Part shown: in pieces, positions 10,047 to 22,200 of the stretch
Position numbering within the stretch: position 1 is the first letter of the stretch
Layout: each line of letters begins with the position of its first letter
Virus record (IMG/VR): IMGVR_UViG_3300043422_000045
Coordinates: 32,001-96,000 of that record
Source of the DNA: a virus
Lineage: Duplodnaviria > Caudoviricetes
Reading direction: 5' to 3' (one strand)
Length of the DNA: 64,000 nucleotides
Translations under genes and position numbers: made by a program
The notes under the pieces: model-generated
Told to the model about the DNA's origin: nothing
The model's input: the letters and a program-made list of their open reading frames with translations, nothing else
Database searches by the model: none

Positions 10047-12875
10047 ATGACAAAATACCAAAATTTAAGATTTTTTAACGGAGCTTCTGGAGAATTAGAT
10101 TTTTCTTATGATTCAACACTAGAACTTTGGACAGGTTCGATTTATCTGCCTAAAGTTTCGGTTGGTTTATACGAGACTGCTAATTTATTTATCTTTGAAG
10201 AAGTTGTTACGTCTTCTGGTGTTTTAGAATATGTTAGACCTATTTCAGAAAATACAGATGATAATTTATTCTTATTTGATTTAGAATCAGATTTTGATTT
10301 TAGCGAAGATATTAAATTATATGCAATAGATATTATTGATAACGAATATAATGTATTAGAATTTACAACTACATCTGAAGAAATCTTAACAAAGACAACT
10401 TCGACTAATAATATAACATATCAGCAAACCAATCATACATCAAATATAATTGGCGAATCTCAAGAATACAAAGAAGTTTCTGACTCTATTGACAAAACAC
10501 CGATTTCTTGTAACATTACGCTGCACTCTGATGTTGAAGGTATTCATACTAGAACATTAAATATATTCGCAGGTGAATCTGGAGATTTTGTCCATATTGC
10601 GAAGATTTTAATATATGGAGAAACAGAAGCCGAAGATGAGAGATTAAGTGTATTGCTTTCAAATATGGGAGCTTCTATCAAAGAAGAAGACGGTATTATC
10701 TTTAGAGATTCTGACATTAATGAAATCTCAACAGATTGGAAAATCATCAACAATAAAAGAAAAGAATTACTTTTAGAAGCGCATAACATAATGCCATTTA
10801 TAGGTACTTATAAAGCTCTTTTAAATGCTATGAAATTTTATGGTTATGACAATTTAACTATAAAAGAATACTGGTTAAACATCAACGAGCAAACGCCAGG
10901 TTTTGGTAAATTAATGGCTGTTGCAATACCTAACCAAGATACTCATGGATTTTTAGCGTCTAAAGCTGATAAAATAGAATTACCTAATTCTAATCATAAG
11001 AAAACTTCTAGATTTTCATTAGTCTATAGAATAAATGAACCGACTGGATCTTTAGACGAATGGGATTTACCTGTTGTAAAAGAAACATTTGATTTTACAC
11101 CAGACGAAGTCTTAATAAAATTATATGGCTTAAAAAGAAAGTTACAAACAGAATACTTGCCCTTACAAGCTAAGATTATAGACATCACAGCTGAAGGTGA
11201 TTTCTTTAGTCAATTTACGCAAAACGTTTGGAATAATCAAAACACAATTCAAGTACAAAGTGCAGGTATTGAAGTTGATTTTCATGTATTTCCAAAAAGA
11301 AGATTGTTTATAGAAGATTTAAGATTAGTTAGTCAAGACTTGGCAACTGATACCAATTCTTTTCCATTACAACCAAGTTTAAATACTAGCGTTATTGCAG
11401 ATATTAAAGATTTCTATAATCATTATTATGATAAAGAATTAAATACGTTTACTACTCTAAGTAATGTACCGATCGGTTGTCCTGTTGTTTTAGAAGCTAC
11501 CTCGCTGTCTGATTTCTATGAAGATGCAGATTATACGTGGAATGATACAGACTTAGCAGCGAATGACTATACTAATAATGGAGCATCTATTTATACATGG
11601 GACAATATTTGGTCTAGAGATGTTTATGAAATTGAATGGATTGTAAGTGGACCTAGAGATTATTTAGTAACTTATAGAGGCGCTGTCAAGGATCTTTATA
11701 ACATGGCTTTAGTATTGCCTTATTCTGGAATTTATAACGTTACATTAAACATGTATGACTTATATAATTCTAGATCATTTACGATTAAAGATTCTGAAAT
11801 AAAAGTTGAAAATAAATCTGTAGAGATTTATGGTTTATACGAATGGAAAAATCACAACGAATCTTGGGAAGATCAGGCATATACTTGGGATTTAGCAGGT
11901 GGATTCTATGATTTTTCACAAGATAGTCCAGTATTAGTAAATGATATGATGGCTTCTTGGTATTTAACATTGGACAGAAACAACTACATATATGATGATA
12001 CAGCTGGAGTAGAATTTTCTACAGTTAGAAGATACTTAGACGTTAATTCTCCAACTTCGTTTAGCGAAACAACCGGACCTTATATTTGGAATAGATTAAA
12101 ACAACAAACATGGAATGATGCTTTAAATAACACGTGGGATTCTACTAGAATTGGTTCAGATTTAGCTGCCTCATTTAAAATAGATGTTAGACAAAATCAC
12201 TTTCCAAATGGATATTATAATGGAACGCCGTTGACTATCAAATGGAGAATTCCAGGTACTCAAGAATTTATTTACGAGTCTTATACTATTCAAAATCCAT
12301 ATCCAACAGATCAAACAGATCTTGCAGCATGGATTGCAATATGTGATGAATTGAATGCCTTAACGCCTGCAACAAATCCTATTTTTTCTAAATTCACATG
12401 GAATCAAGTAATAATAGACGCGGACGCAGATGGTTTATATGACACTGATGATTTTGCATACGAAATTCTAGCAGTTGGTAAAGATTATTCTTCAACTTAT
12501 GATTTTGAAGATGCTTATTTTGAAAGTCAAACTGGTGGTGAAGTTATTGGTAAAGTACATTATACAGCATATAATCCAACGTGGAATGATGTTGTTGTGT
12601 TCGATGATCACGCAAAGGTAACTCTAATGACACACTTGACATTCGCGTTTGAAAAAACAAATATGCCGGGCGTAGTTTCTTGGAAATGGACTATAAATAA
12701 TACTTCAAATCCACTATTTGAAGAAGTTACTTGTTATAATCAATGGTTGACTTATTTGTTTTCAGAAAGAGGCGATTACGCTATAAAATTAGAATTAATA
12801 GATAGTAATGGAAACAAAAATGAAATCACCAGAAATATGCTTTCTATAGTCAAGGCTGAAGAATTGTATATTTAG
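10047..12875 (+). CDS. Large baseplate/structural protein (gp7-like position) with PKD-like domains
   Basis: GTYKALLNAMKFYGY..L.IKEYW resembles the P2-I/gp7 motif; G.Y.V.L...D PKD-type segments. Confidence 0.55.
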   Translation: MTKYQNLRFFNGASGELDFSYDSTLELWTGSIYLPKVSVGLYETANLFIFEEVVTSSGVLEYVRPISENTDDNLFLFDLESDFDFSEDIKLYAIDIIDNEYNVLEFTTTSEEILTKTTSTNNITYQQTNHTSNIIGESQEYKEVSDSIDKTPISCNITLHSDVEGIHTRTLNIFAGESGDFVHIAKILIYGETEAEDERLSVLLSNMGASIKEEDGIIFRDSDINEISTDWKIINNKRKELLLEAHNIMPFIGTYKALLNAMKFYGYDNLTIKEYWLNINEQTPGFGKLMAVAIPNQDTHGFLASKADKIELPNSNHKKTSRFSLVYRINEPTGSLDEWDLPVVKETFDFTPDEVLIKLYGLKRKLQTEYLPLQAKIIDITAEGDFFSQFTQNVWNNQNTIQVQSAGIEVDFHVFPKRRLFIEDLRLVSQDLATDTNSFPLQPSLNTSVIADIKDFYNHYYDKELNTFTTLSNVPIGCPVVLEATSLSDFYEDADYTWNDTDLAANDYTNNGASIYTWDNIWSRDVYEIEWIVSGPRDYLVTYRGAVKDLYNMALVLPYSGIYNVTLNMYDLYNSRSFTIKDSEIKVENKSVEIYGLYEWKNHNESWEDQAYTWDLAGGFYDFSQDSPVLVNDMMASWYLTLDRNNYIYDDTAGVEFSTVRRYLDVNSPTSFSETTGPYIWNRLKQQTWNDALNNTWDSTRIGSDLAASFKIDVRQNHFPNGYYNGTPLTIKWRIPGTQEFIYESYTIQNPYPTDQTDLAAWIAICDELNALTPATNPIFSKFTWNQVIIDADADGLYDTDDFAYEILAVGKDYSSTYDFEDAYFESQTGGEVIGKVHYTAYNPTWNDVVVFDDHAKVTLMTHLTFAFEKTNMPGVVSWKWTINNTSNPLFEEVTCYNQWLTYLFSERGDYAIKLELIDSNGNKNEITRNMLSIVKAEELYI

Positions 12876-12960
12876 TTTCAGGTTCAATTTTAAAGATGAT
12901 ATATAATACAATAATACGTGATAAAGCGTCACATTAAAATAACAAACAAACTGTTCAAAA

Positions 12961-13521
12961 ATGGCAAACATAACTTTAATTTTAGGTACTGACAGCGTTT
13001 CTTCGTCTAGAGTAACTATCAATGACAATTTCGCTAACGTTAATAACGATTTAGCCTCTATTGCTGGTGTATTAGACACTACAAACGAAACTATTACATT
13101 AGCTGGTGCTAGTGCATTCGGTTCATTAAACGTAGCATCTAATAAATTTATAGCAAATTCAACTGCTGTAACATCCGCTGTTCCTGTAACTATTAATAGT
13201 ACATTTACCGCTAATGCTGATGTTGCATATTCTATTAGAAAAATCGGACCAATTACCGGTACTTCTGATTTACCTGCAGCTAATGCGTTTTTGCATTCTA
13301 CTTATATTGTAGATGCTTCAACAATCAATAGCGTTAATTTACCTGTTGGTAATGCTGGACAAGAAATTACTATCATGGCAAATGGCGGAACATTAAGTAT
13401 TGATACAGCATACGTTTCTGGAGCTACATCAATCTCTTTAGCAGATAAAGCAACATTAACTGTTAGATTCGCTGAAGGTTTTTGGAATATCGTATCTAGT
13501 TATTTAGCTACTATTCTATAA
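12961..13521 (+). CDS. Structural protein with gp9/gp10-like N-terminal anchor
   Basis: GTDSVSSSRVTINDNF N-terminus; rich in Ser/Thr/Ala beta segments; late motif GATATATA at 12898. Confidence 0.5.
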   Translation: MANITLILGTDSVSSSRVTINDNFANVNNDLASIAGVLDTTNETITLAGASAFGSLNVASNKFIANSTAVTSAVPVTINSTFTANADVAYSIRKIGPITGTSDLPAANAFLHSTYIVDASTINSVNLPVGNAGQEITIMANGGTLSIDTAYVSGATSISLADKATLTVRFAEGFWNIVSSYLATIL

Positions 13522-13554
13522 TTGAATCACAAAACATAAAAGAAATTTCGCTCA

Positions 13555-15525
13555 ATGGCAACACCATTAATTAGAATACCACAGGAACAAGGAGGAACGC
13601 TATATGCCTTTTCTTCATCAGCAAGAGATTTAACAAGGTCTTATTATAACCCGGATTTAAACTTTGAGTTTTCAAAGTTTGCTTTGGTTAAAGTACCTGT
13701 GATGACTGCGCCTGCTCAGGGTTCTACAAACAACTACATACAATTTAATAAATTATTTGATGCTTCTGGTGCTGCATACGACGATACTACATTAAACGGT
13801 AATGCAAACATTCATTTTGCACAAACATTTCAAAATTATGCATTAAACCTTGAACAGTTGGTTTTAAACGATGATGATTTTGATAGTACAATTTTTAGTT
13901 CAGATGCCGAAAAGATTTTCTTTAAATATTTAAATAGAATTGGAGCATTTCAAGCTAGAACAGCAACTTCTCAAGAAGCTGTCGGTTCTTTAAGTAGAAT
14001 GGTCGAATTAGAAGATTCTGCTTTAACAGGCGCCGAATATGAAAGAGTTATTAAATATTTAGGAAACATAGACGTTTCTAATGACAAGAATTACAAAGGT
14101 GATGTTTATAATGAAATTTTCATTAACGTACCTTCTGCAGTTGGTTATACGCCAAATGTTTTATTAAAATCTGCAACTTATAATACCAATGCTTTACAAT
14201 ATGTTCCTGGAAGTTTTATCGAAGGTAGAGCTGGGCAAACACATCCCGATATTAATCTTAATTTAGAAAGCATTACAGATAATGCAAATTCTGAAATTAT
14301 AATTGATCCTAATGAATCTGGAATTGTTGAAAATGCTTTAGGTATTGATTTTAATGCATCCTCATACGCTAAAATAGTAAATGACGCTCAAATGAGTTCT
14401 CTTTTTGATTATTCTAAAAGAGGTGGAGATTTCACATTTAATGCTATTTTGGTTTACTATGACTTATATTCTAAGTCAACGCCAACAAATAGATCTACTA
14501 ATTTATATGGTGTTTTAATATTAGATAACTTTAAAGAAGATCCTAATGGTTCTGGTTGGTTTATTCCAACACAAACAAAATACAAACCTAACGATATTAC
14601 TGGTTTAAATGGTAATGCGTTCTCTTTGAAATTGAATGTTAAATTTAACAGTTCAATGGATAATGTGGGTGTTGAAAACAACATCAATGATTTTAGTACA
14701 TTTGGAATGGACATCTTTTTAGATACTGTTTCTGCACTTAGTAATGCTACTAAATTATTGAAAGATGCCGATACAAAATATACAGAAATGTTTGCAAGAG
14801 TTGCAGACATCGAAAGCTTAATTTTAACTTCAGCTGATATAGCAGATGTTAAAAATAGAATTTCTGAAGTTGAAAGGGACGTAGCTAACGCTAAATTAAA
14901 TATGTCACAGTCTAATACCTTATTAGCTTTGATCCAATCTACCAATTTTAAGATTAATCAAATGTTAGATGGTACTGTGCCAACTTCAGTTCAATATAAT
15001 ATTGACGTTATTAAGCCAGGCCCAGGTATAAATATTGACAAATCAACTAGCAATATTATTAAAATCACTAATACGGTAGATGGCTATGAAATATGTGAAC
15101 CTTATTTGTTTGACGTTACTCCAGTTTCATTTTTAAATTGGGTAGTTAGTTCTAAAATAGAAACAACTGCACCGTTTGATCCAACATTGGCTAATAATTA
15201 TGCTATTTGGTCTAGATTAAAACCGTATACTAATAGAATTGCTATCGATGTTAATTCGGCAAACACTGCTGTTAATGATGTTAATATATACATAGACGAC
15301 ACAGCAACAACATGGAAGAAAGGTCAAGTTGTTAAAATTAAATTTAACAATACCATTAACATGGCAGGTTTTAACGTTAAAATTTGGAGTTTAAAATCTT
15401 CTACTTTAGGTTGGACTTTGATTTCAACATTAAGCAGTTCAAACTTTATAACAACCAAACCATACGTTGAGTTAATATGCACTGATGCTGTTAATAAACA
15501 ATTTGAACTAGATATATTAAGATAA
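13555..15525 (+). CDS. Hypothetical virion structural protein
   Basis: 656-aa ORF in the tail cluster with a central coiled coil. Confidence 0.5.
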   Translation: MATPLIRIPQEQGGTLYAFSSSARDLTRSYYNPDLNFEFSKFALVKVPVMTAPAQGSTNNYIQFNKLFDASGAAYDDTTLNGNANIHFAQTFQNYALNLEQLVLNDDDFDSTIFSSDAEKIFFKYLNRIGAFQARTATSQEAVGSLSRMVELEDSALTGAEYERVIKYLGNIDVSNDKNYKGDVYNEIFINVPSAVGYTPNVLLKSATYNTNALQYVPGSFIEGRAGQTHPDINLNLESITDNANSEIIIDPNESGIVENALGIDFNASSYAKIVNDAQMSSLFDYSKRGGDFTFNAILVYYDLYSKSTPTNRSTNLYGVLILDNFKEDPNGSGWFIPTQTKYKPNDITGLNGNAFSLKLNVKFNSSMDNVGVENNINDFSTFGMDIFLDTVSALSNATKLLKDADTKYTEMFARVADIESLILTSADIADVKNRISEVERDVANAKLNMSQSNTLLALIQSTNFKINQMLDGTVPTSVQYNIDVIKPGPGINIDKSTSNIIKITNTVDGYEICEPYLFDVTPVSFLNWVVSSKIETTAPFDPTLANNYAIWSRLKPYTNRIAIDVNSANTAVNDVNIYIDDTATTWKKGQVVKIKFNNTINMAGFNVKIWSLKSSTLGWTLISTLSSSNFITTKPYVELICTDAVNKQFELDILR

Positions 15526-15526
15526 T

Positions 15527-18500
15527 ATGAGCGCTAATAATTCAATCTCTCAACTGCTTGAACAATTTATTGAACTTTACAATAATTCTTTAAGTACGTT
15601 TGAAAAAACTAACGAAGCTATAACAACAGACAAAGAAACTGTTGCTATAGATCTTTATGATCCTAAAAAAGGTTCAGTTAAAACAGTTCAGATTCCATCA
15701 TTTGGTTTTTTGAAAAGAGAAATTGAAAGATTAAATGGTAATTTAGATGCATTGGCTGGAACTACAAGTACAACGTCTAATGTTAAATTAAAGGATGGTT
15801 CTTTTAGAAGAATTATTACTTCTAAATTACAAGGACCAGCCCCTAGCATTACTAATCTAGCTGCACCTACTGCATTCAAAACTAAAGCTAATGAATTCTT
15901 TGAAGATTTTTTAAATCCTTTATTAACAGTTAGCTTAAACGTAAGTGGTCAAATTCCAACAACTACAGAAAAAGCGTATATTGAAAGATATGTTTTTGAT
16001 AGTAATGACGTAAATAGCATTCAAGCTTTTAATTCTTTATATAAAGGACTTAACAATATTGATTATGACACATTCATAAATGATATTGTACAAAACAAAT
16101 ATGTTTATAGAAAAGATGCTTCAGATATTGATATGCCGTCTAGATCTATGACATACTACGGTAACTTTGATGTTTTAGGTATAGATACGGCTGAGAAGAC
16201 GCTGGTTGTTGATGGGACTACTCAAACGGTAAACGTTAGATTATTTACGTTAAATCAATTGACGTACTCAGATTCATCTAAAACGCTAAAGAACACAGAG
16301 ACACTTAAAGTTGGAGATTTCTTGGTTGTTAATTCAAACCAATATTCAACTAGATATAAAATCACAGCATTAAATACTGATACTTTACAAGCTGAATTAG
16401 ATTTAATTGAAGGTTCAGAACCTATTAGAATTGGTGCTGGAGAATTAAAGATCTATAAAGATGTAGATGTTGCAGTTAATATTGATGTTAACGTAGCATT
16501 TAACGAATATCAAGTTGTGTTTGTTAAAGCAATTGATTCAGTATCTAAGATATTGTCTGAAAGCTTTTCACCAGGCGTTGCATTTTATTCTAATGAATTA
16601 CAAATAGCAACTGAAAACGGTACAGTTATGAATTTAGCTGACTATTACAGATTAGAAGTTGCAGACTTTGGTCAATTTATTAAAAGTTTTAAAATTGATT
16701 CTATTCCACCAGCTTCTGTTGGTTTAGTGCCTAATGCGCCTGTTTTAGAAACCACAAATTTTAAAGTAGTTCAAGTAAATAGACACTTAACAGATAATGA
16801 TTCTACTAATAAAATCAAACAACTTAAAAACGATAAGATTGCTTCTGAGCAAAATCTAAAAAAATTAGATGACGCAATTGCTAAAAAGAAATCATCGATT
16901 AATACTATAAAATATAAGTCTACCGTTGAAAGAGACAGAGACACTAACGAATTAAGTACACTAGCGCAAAAGAGAACGTCAGAGTCTGCTCTGTATTCTT
17001 CTGTTGTTAGTGAAATTAAATCTATTGCCAATTCTAATAATTTATCAAACGTTGCCCCTAAATATAAACTTAGAGGTTTTTGGTCTATTCCAAATCCTAA
17101 GAGTTCACAAGATATTGTAGAACAATCAGTAGTTCAATTTAAAATAAGATACCGTTACGTTTCATCTAATGGTAAAACTTCACAAATTGATCAAATACCG
17201 TTTCAAGACGGAAGCACTACAAAAACAGCTGCTTTTTCAAATTGGATTGAAGTAGATGGTCCTGTGAGAAAAAGAATCAAAGACGCATCTGGTAAATTTT
17301 ATTGGGGAACTGATAGTGAAGAAGATGCAAATGCTGTTAATTTTAATTCATTAGATATTGCTATTCAACCTGGAGAAAAGGTAGAGATTTCAGTTAAATC
17401 TTTATCAGAAGCTGGATTTCCAGCAAATCCAATAGAATCTGACTGGTCTGATATAATGACTTATGAATTCCCAGAAGGTGAATTTACGGGAGATACTTTA
17501 TTAGAAGCTATCAATGAAAATTCATTAGAAACTGTAAGAATTCAAATTACACAAGATTTAACAACAGCTGGTCTATACACACACTTAGATGATTCATTTA
17601 CAGCTAATTCTAAATATTTTTCACATACTGCAACATCGATCGCATCTGGTTTCTTAACAACTGAACAAAATCCAGTTAGTTTATTTGACAAGCTGGTTGA
17701 AATGCAAACTCAAATTGAGAAATTAAAAGCTCAAATAGCTGGAACTCTTGGAGAATTAGTGGTTTATATTGAAGATGAATCTGGAGCACAAACTTCAGTT
17801 TCTAATCATACGACTGTTAAATTATTTGCTGGTTACTATGTTGATGAAATTACAAATCAAATTGACAGAAAAGGAGCTATTGTTACTAAAAACTTTAAAT
17901 TAAAATTAAGTAATTCAAAAGCAACTGATTTAGAATTAATAGCTAGATTAGTAGGAGATAGAACTAAAGCTGCTTATGGATCTGGTGCATCTACTGTATT
18001 AGGTGTTGCACCTGGTGCAATTGATCCAGTTGTTTCTAGTGATACTTATTATGCAAATGAAGGTAGATATGATTTGGTTCCATTGCAATACCAAAACATA
18101 AGTTCTAATATGACAGGTGTAGATTACATGAACAGTACTCCATACCAATCTGGTCAATTAAGAGGTCAATTTCTTTATTCAAGATATAAAAATCTAGCCA
18201 ATGACGCTGAACTTTATTCAATGACAGCGCCAGATACAGATTATAGTGTTAATAACTGGACTATCGGAAATGGTGTAGATGATTTTGAATACGGTATTAA
18301 TTATAAATTCGGCACTAATCCTGCAATTGTAGGTTCTGGTGAATCTAGATATTTTAATTTTGCTAATGCAACATCAGCAGCATACGCAGCTAACAATGGA
18401 ACTGACGATTTTATTTGGTCAGGCGATTATGATAGTAATGGATTACCTAATAGAACTTCATTAAGTACTGCAACTAATACTGTTAGTAAAACTGACTATG

Positions 18501-19222
18501 ATAATGGTTTATTCTTACATAAAGATCACCCTTTATTAAATACCGGTAGTGTATTGACACCTTTAAATATTGCAGAAACTGGATTGGTTTCTATGTCAAA
18601 GAATGCTCCAAGAAGAGCTAACATGACAGACGGATTGTTTCAAAATCCATATAAAAGAGCTCATTGGCAAATGAAATCTAATACTTCAACACCGATTGAT
18701 GTATATAGAAGTTTAAAAATGTCATTTAACGCAGAAGATCAATTCTTATTAGGCGGACATTCATGCGGAGCTTATTTATTTTTAAGTCCTATTGAAACTA
18801 CAAGTTTAACAGTAGATGCTGATAATAAATTTGGTAAAAAGTCAATCTCACAAGGAGCTACTAATGCGATTTCAGTTGATTTAATATTCCAATATAGAAT
18901 GACTGATTATTTTGGAGTTACATCTAGCACAACATCTGCTAATAATGCAGGAAGAGTTGGTGGAATAGCTTCTACAAGTTTAACAAATCTAACATATTCT
19001 AAAAAGATAGGATTAGATATTTTAAAAGGAGAAAATGACGTATTCTCGTTTGATATTGAAGTTTATGCTAAATACAAACCAGAAGGTTCATCAGTGGCTA
19101 ATGTAACTAAAGAAATGATAGATACGTTTAGAGTACCTGGATTACATGGTCGTAGAGAATTTGTAGATTCTGAAAATGATTTCTCAACACCAGGTTCTAT
19201 AACTTCACTGAGATATATGTAA
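15527..19222 (+). CDS. Large hypothetical virion structural protein
   Basis: 1231 aa; coiled-coil and FN3-like beta segments; tail cluster context. Confidence 0.5.
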   Translation: MSANNSISQLLEQFIELYNNSLSTFEKTNEAITTDKETVAIDLYDPKKGSVKTVQIPSFGFLKREIERLNGNLDALAGTTSTTSNVKLKDGSFRRIITSKLQGPAPSITNLAAPTAFKTKANEFFEDFLNPLLTVSLNVSGQIPTTTEKAYIERYVFDSNDVNSIQAFNSLYKGLNNIDYDTFINDIVQNKYVYRKDASDIDMPSRSMTYYGNFDVLGIDTAEKTLVVDGTTQTVNVRLFTLNQLTYSDSSKTLKNTETLKVGDFLVVNSNQYSTRYKITALNTDTLQAELDLIEGSEPIRIGAGELKIYKDVDVAVNIDVNVAFNEYQVVFVKAIDSVSKILSESFSPGVAFYSNELQIATENGTVMNLADYYRLEVADFGQFIKSFKIDSIPPASVGLVPNAPVLETTNFKVVQVNRHLTDNDSTNKIKQLKNDKIASEQNLKKLDDAIAKKKSSINTIKYKSTVERDRDTNELSTLAQKRTSESALYSSVVSEIKSIANSNNLSNVAPKYKLRGFWSIPNPKSSQDIVEQSVVQFKIRYRYVSSNGKTSQIDQIPFQDGSTTKTAAFSNWIEVDGPVRKRIKDASGKFYWGTDSEEDANAVNFNSLDIAIQPGEKVEISVKSLSEAGFPANPIESDWSDIMTYEFPEGEFTGDTLLEAINENSLETVRIQITQDLTTAGLYTHLDDSFTANSKYFSHTATSIASGFLTTEQNPVSLFDKLVEMQTQIEKLKAQIAGTLGELVVYIEDESGAQTSVSNHTTVKLFAGYYVDEITNQIDRKGAIVTKNFKLKLSNSKATDLELIARLVGDRTKAAYGSGASTVLGVAPGAIDPVVSSDTYYANEGRYDLVPLQYQNISSNMTGVDYMNSTPYQSGQLRGQFLYSRYKNLANDAELYSMTAPDTDYSVNNWTIGNGVDDFEYGINYKFGTNPAIVGSGESRYFNFANATSAAYAANNGTDDFIWSGDYDSNGLPNRTSLSTATNTVSKTDYDNGLFLHKDHPLLNTGSVLTPLNIAETGLVSMSKNAPRRANMTDGLFQNPYKRAHWQMKSNTSTPIDVYRSLKMSFNAEDQFLLGGHSCGAYLFLSPIETTSLTVDADNKFGKKSISQGATNAISVDLIFQYRMTDYFGVTSSTTSANNAGRVGGIASTSLTNLTYSKKIGLDILKGENDVFSFDIEVYAKYKPEGSSVANVTKEMIDTFRVPGLHGRREFVDSENDFSTPGSITSLRYM

Positions 19223-19225
19223 ATC

Positions 19226-19274
19226 ATTAGTCCTTCTATTTAAGATATATAAACTAATAAATAGAAGGACTAAT
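19226..19274 (+). promoter_or_regulatory. 17-bp perfect inverted repeat with a late promoter in the loop, covering the downstream initiation region
   Basis: attagtccttctattta / taaatagaaggactaat; GATATATA at 19244-19251; ATG at 19277. Confidence 0.65.
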
Positions 19275-19276
19275 AC

Positions 19277-22200
19277 ATGAGTTTATCAACAAATTTTAAC
19301 ACTGCAAATAATCAAATTGACGATCTGTCATTTGGTATTTTAAGAACTAATCCAAAGTTAAGTACTAATATAAAATTGGTAGTTAACTCATCGGGTTCTT
19401 TATACATGGATTCAATTGATGCCAATGCTACATTAGCTAGTGCATCTTTTAAAAAGTTTCCAATCAATCCATCTGGTTTTTATTCAACTGACGTTTCTAG
19501 ATTTTATAGAGATTTGCCATTAAATTTAAGATATGATATTTTTAAACAAAATTCAGATCTTTCTGTATTTGGTGATTATTCAAAACAATTTGAAGATCAG
19601 TATCAATACGGTGCTTCCTTTAATTCAACTAAATTGTATGATGAGCAATATAAATTCTTAGCTCCTATTTGGTTAGATAAAAAGACACCAAATCATTTTG
19701 TGATATACCGCGTGGAAGCCACAGATTATGACACTTTATTAGATGATAGTTTAGTTTCTCAAAATAATAGAATAATGCAGCTTTTAAATAAAGCCACTAT
19801 TGTTAAAACTTTTGACATAACTAACACTTCTAATTTAGGAAAATATATCAACAATCACGTTAATAGCCCTTCTTTTCCAGTAGCACCTATTATTCAAAAT
19901 TTTGATGCAAACAGTCATACTACGTATTGCGGTATTGATATTGTTAAAGGCGGTTTTGTTGAAAAAAGAGAATATACAAACAAAGATCTATTAGTAGATA
20001 AAATAGAAATTCTCAACAATCAAATTATCACAGAAGGTTTTGAAAGAAATCAATTAGCTGTGGCTAATTTATTAAACATTGAATTTTTATTTGACGATGA
20101 ACTAGCAACTGATTACAAAATTTATAGATATTTTGGGCTATATGTTGATGCTTTATATGAAGGTGAATTTAAAGTAAATGATATTATAAATAATGATGCT
20201 GAACAAAGCATTATTATAGAAAACAACGGTATTTTATCTTACTATGATCTACCGAATGGAATATCGCATCAAGATATGTTTTTAAATACAAAAGATTTGA
20301 GTTATCCAACATTAAACTGGATCAAATCTCCATACAATAATTTCTTTCACGTAAAAAACGGTGTTAACTTCGATAACACTAAAAAATTACCAGTTAGTTT
20401 AGATAATAAGACAATAACTGAATTTACTGATGATGTTTTAGCTGGAACTCTTAAGATTAGTATTTTAACTAAAGATGCAAAAGACTTTATTAAATTTAAA
20501 ATTACTGAAGCGCCACATCATGGTGATAAATTATATTTAACTGCTATTTCTGAATTCAAAGCTGATAATTTCAATCTAACGCCATTTACTTATATGGCTG
20601 ATAATTATTTGCAAGCCGGTAAGTTTGAACAACAACGATATTCAACACAAGGAGATTTAAAGCATATTTTACATGCATTAGCTTCATGTATAACACATTC
20701 AGATAATCCTTTTGTAGCTACTATCGTTGATGATGCTATCGTAATAGAAGATTACGCGCAAGGATATGATAGAAATTCAGTTGCATTTGGAGTTAGAACT
20801 GGTAATATTTCAGATTTCATTAACGTTATATCTGGTAAAATATCTAATATCGATAATTCTATTTTACCGGTTAGTAGCTTAGTTGATTTTAATGATTGGA
20901 CTAACTATGCAATGACAGGCGGTAAAGACGAAAATAGATTTATATACTTAGAAAAACAACAATTAGGTAACCTTAGAAAAGGTCACATAATTAAAGATCC
21001 TGTGTTCAATACAAAATCAGAAGTTTTAGAAATCTTAGAAGATGCTTTCGATTCTAATTTTTACAGAGTGTGTTTATCTAAGAAAATTAATAAATTAAAT
21101 ACGTACACTAACTTAAATTATTATCAATCTCCGGTTACCTATTTTGGTAAATTCAGCGCATATAATTTAAAGGACTTTGATTTTGATTTCTACGATACTT
21201 CTAATTCAAATTATGCTGAATTAGCATTAGATGATTTAATAGTAGCATCTAGCGTTGAAGGTAGTTATTATAAATATTATAATTTAGCATGTTCTCAAGC
21301 ATTTTTAATAAATCACGATGAATATTATCCTGGATTATCTTCTTTATCAGAGGCTGATGTTGTAAACAGATTAGAAAATGTTGGTAATGATTTTGACAAA
21401 GACTCAAGTATTGTTATTAAGGATTTAAAAATATACTCAGAGTATGACAGATTACATGAAAATGAATTAAAAGAAACTGCTCTTTTGAGTAGAGTCGTAC
21501 CGCATATTAATAAATTTGCACTGAAAGATTCTTTTAATGCAAGAATGAATCCATATTTATTTACAGTGAGCGAAGCATTTGGTTCAGATAACATGTCACC
21601 TAACGTAGAATCTGGCCTTGAAAGAAATCCATTAGATTACAACATGGAATATTTTCATATCAATCAAATTCCAACATTATTTAAATATGATTCTAACAAT
21701 TTTAGCAAACTTAAGAGTTATGTTAATTTTCTAAATGACGGAGAATTAACTATAGACAATCTTAAAAGCATCGATAGAGATTATTTTAGCAAATATTTTG
21801 TATGGGAAGGTGCATATCTAGACTTTTCTAAAGTTATTAACATTTCTTCTGCAAACGGTGCTACATATATTACATTTGATAAACCAATAGATGGAAATAT
21901 TGTAACTAATACAGGTATTACTAAGAAGAACGGCGTATTTGTACCTCTTACTTTACCGTTTTTAAATGCTGATAAAACAATATTAACTTGTCTTGGTAAT
22001 ATACCAACACAAAATGGTATTGTTGTTGGTGATTTATTTCAAATCAATAATGCCAATGTGCAATTTATAAAAAACAAAACAAAAAAATTATACACTAAAT
22101 TTAACAAAGGAGATGCTTACAATTTCTCTGACACTATATTTAGGGGTTTAAAATATGTTTATAAATCAAGAAAGGAAAATGTAAAAATCATTCCTTCTGA

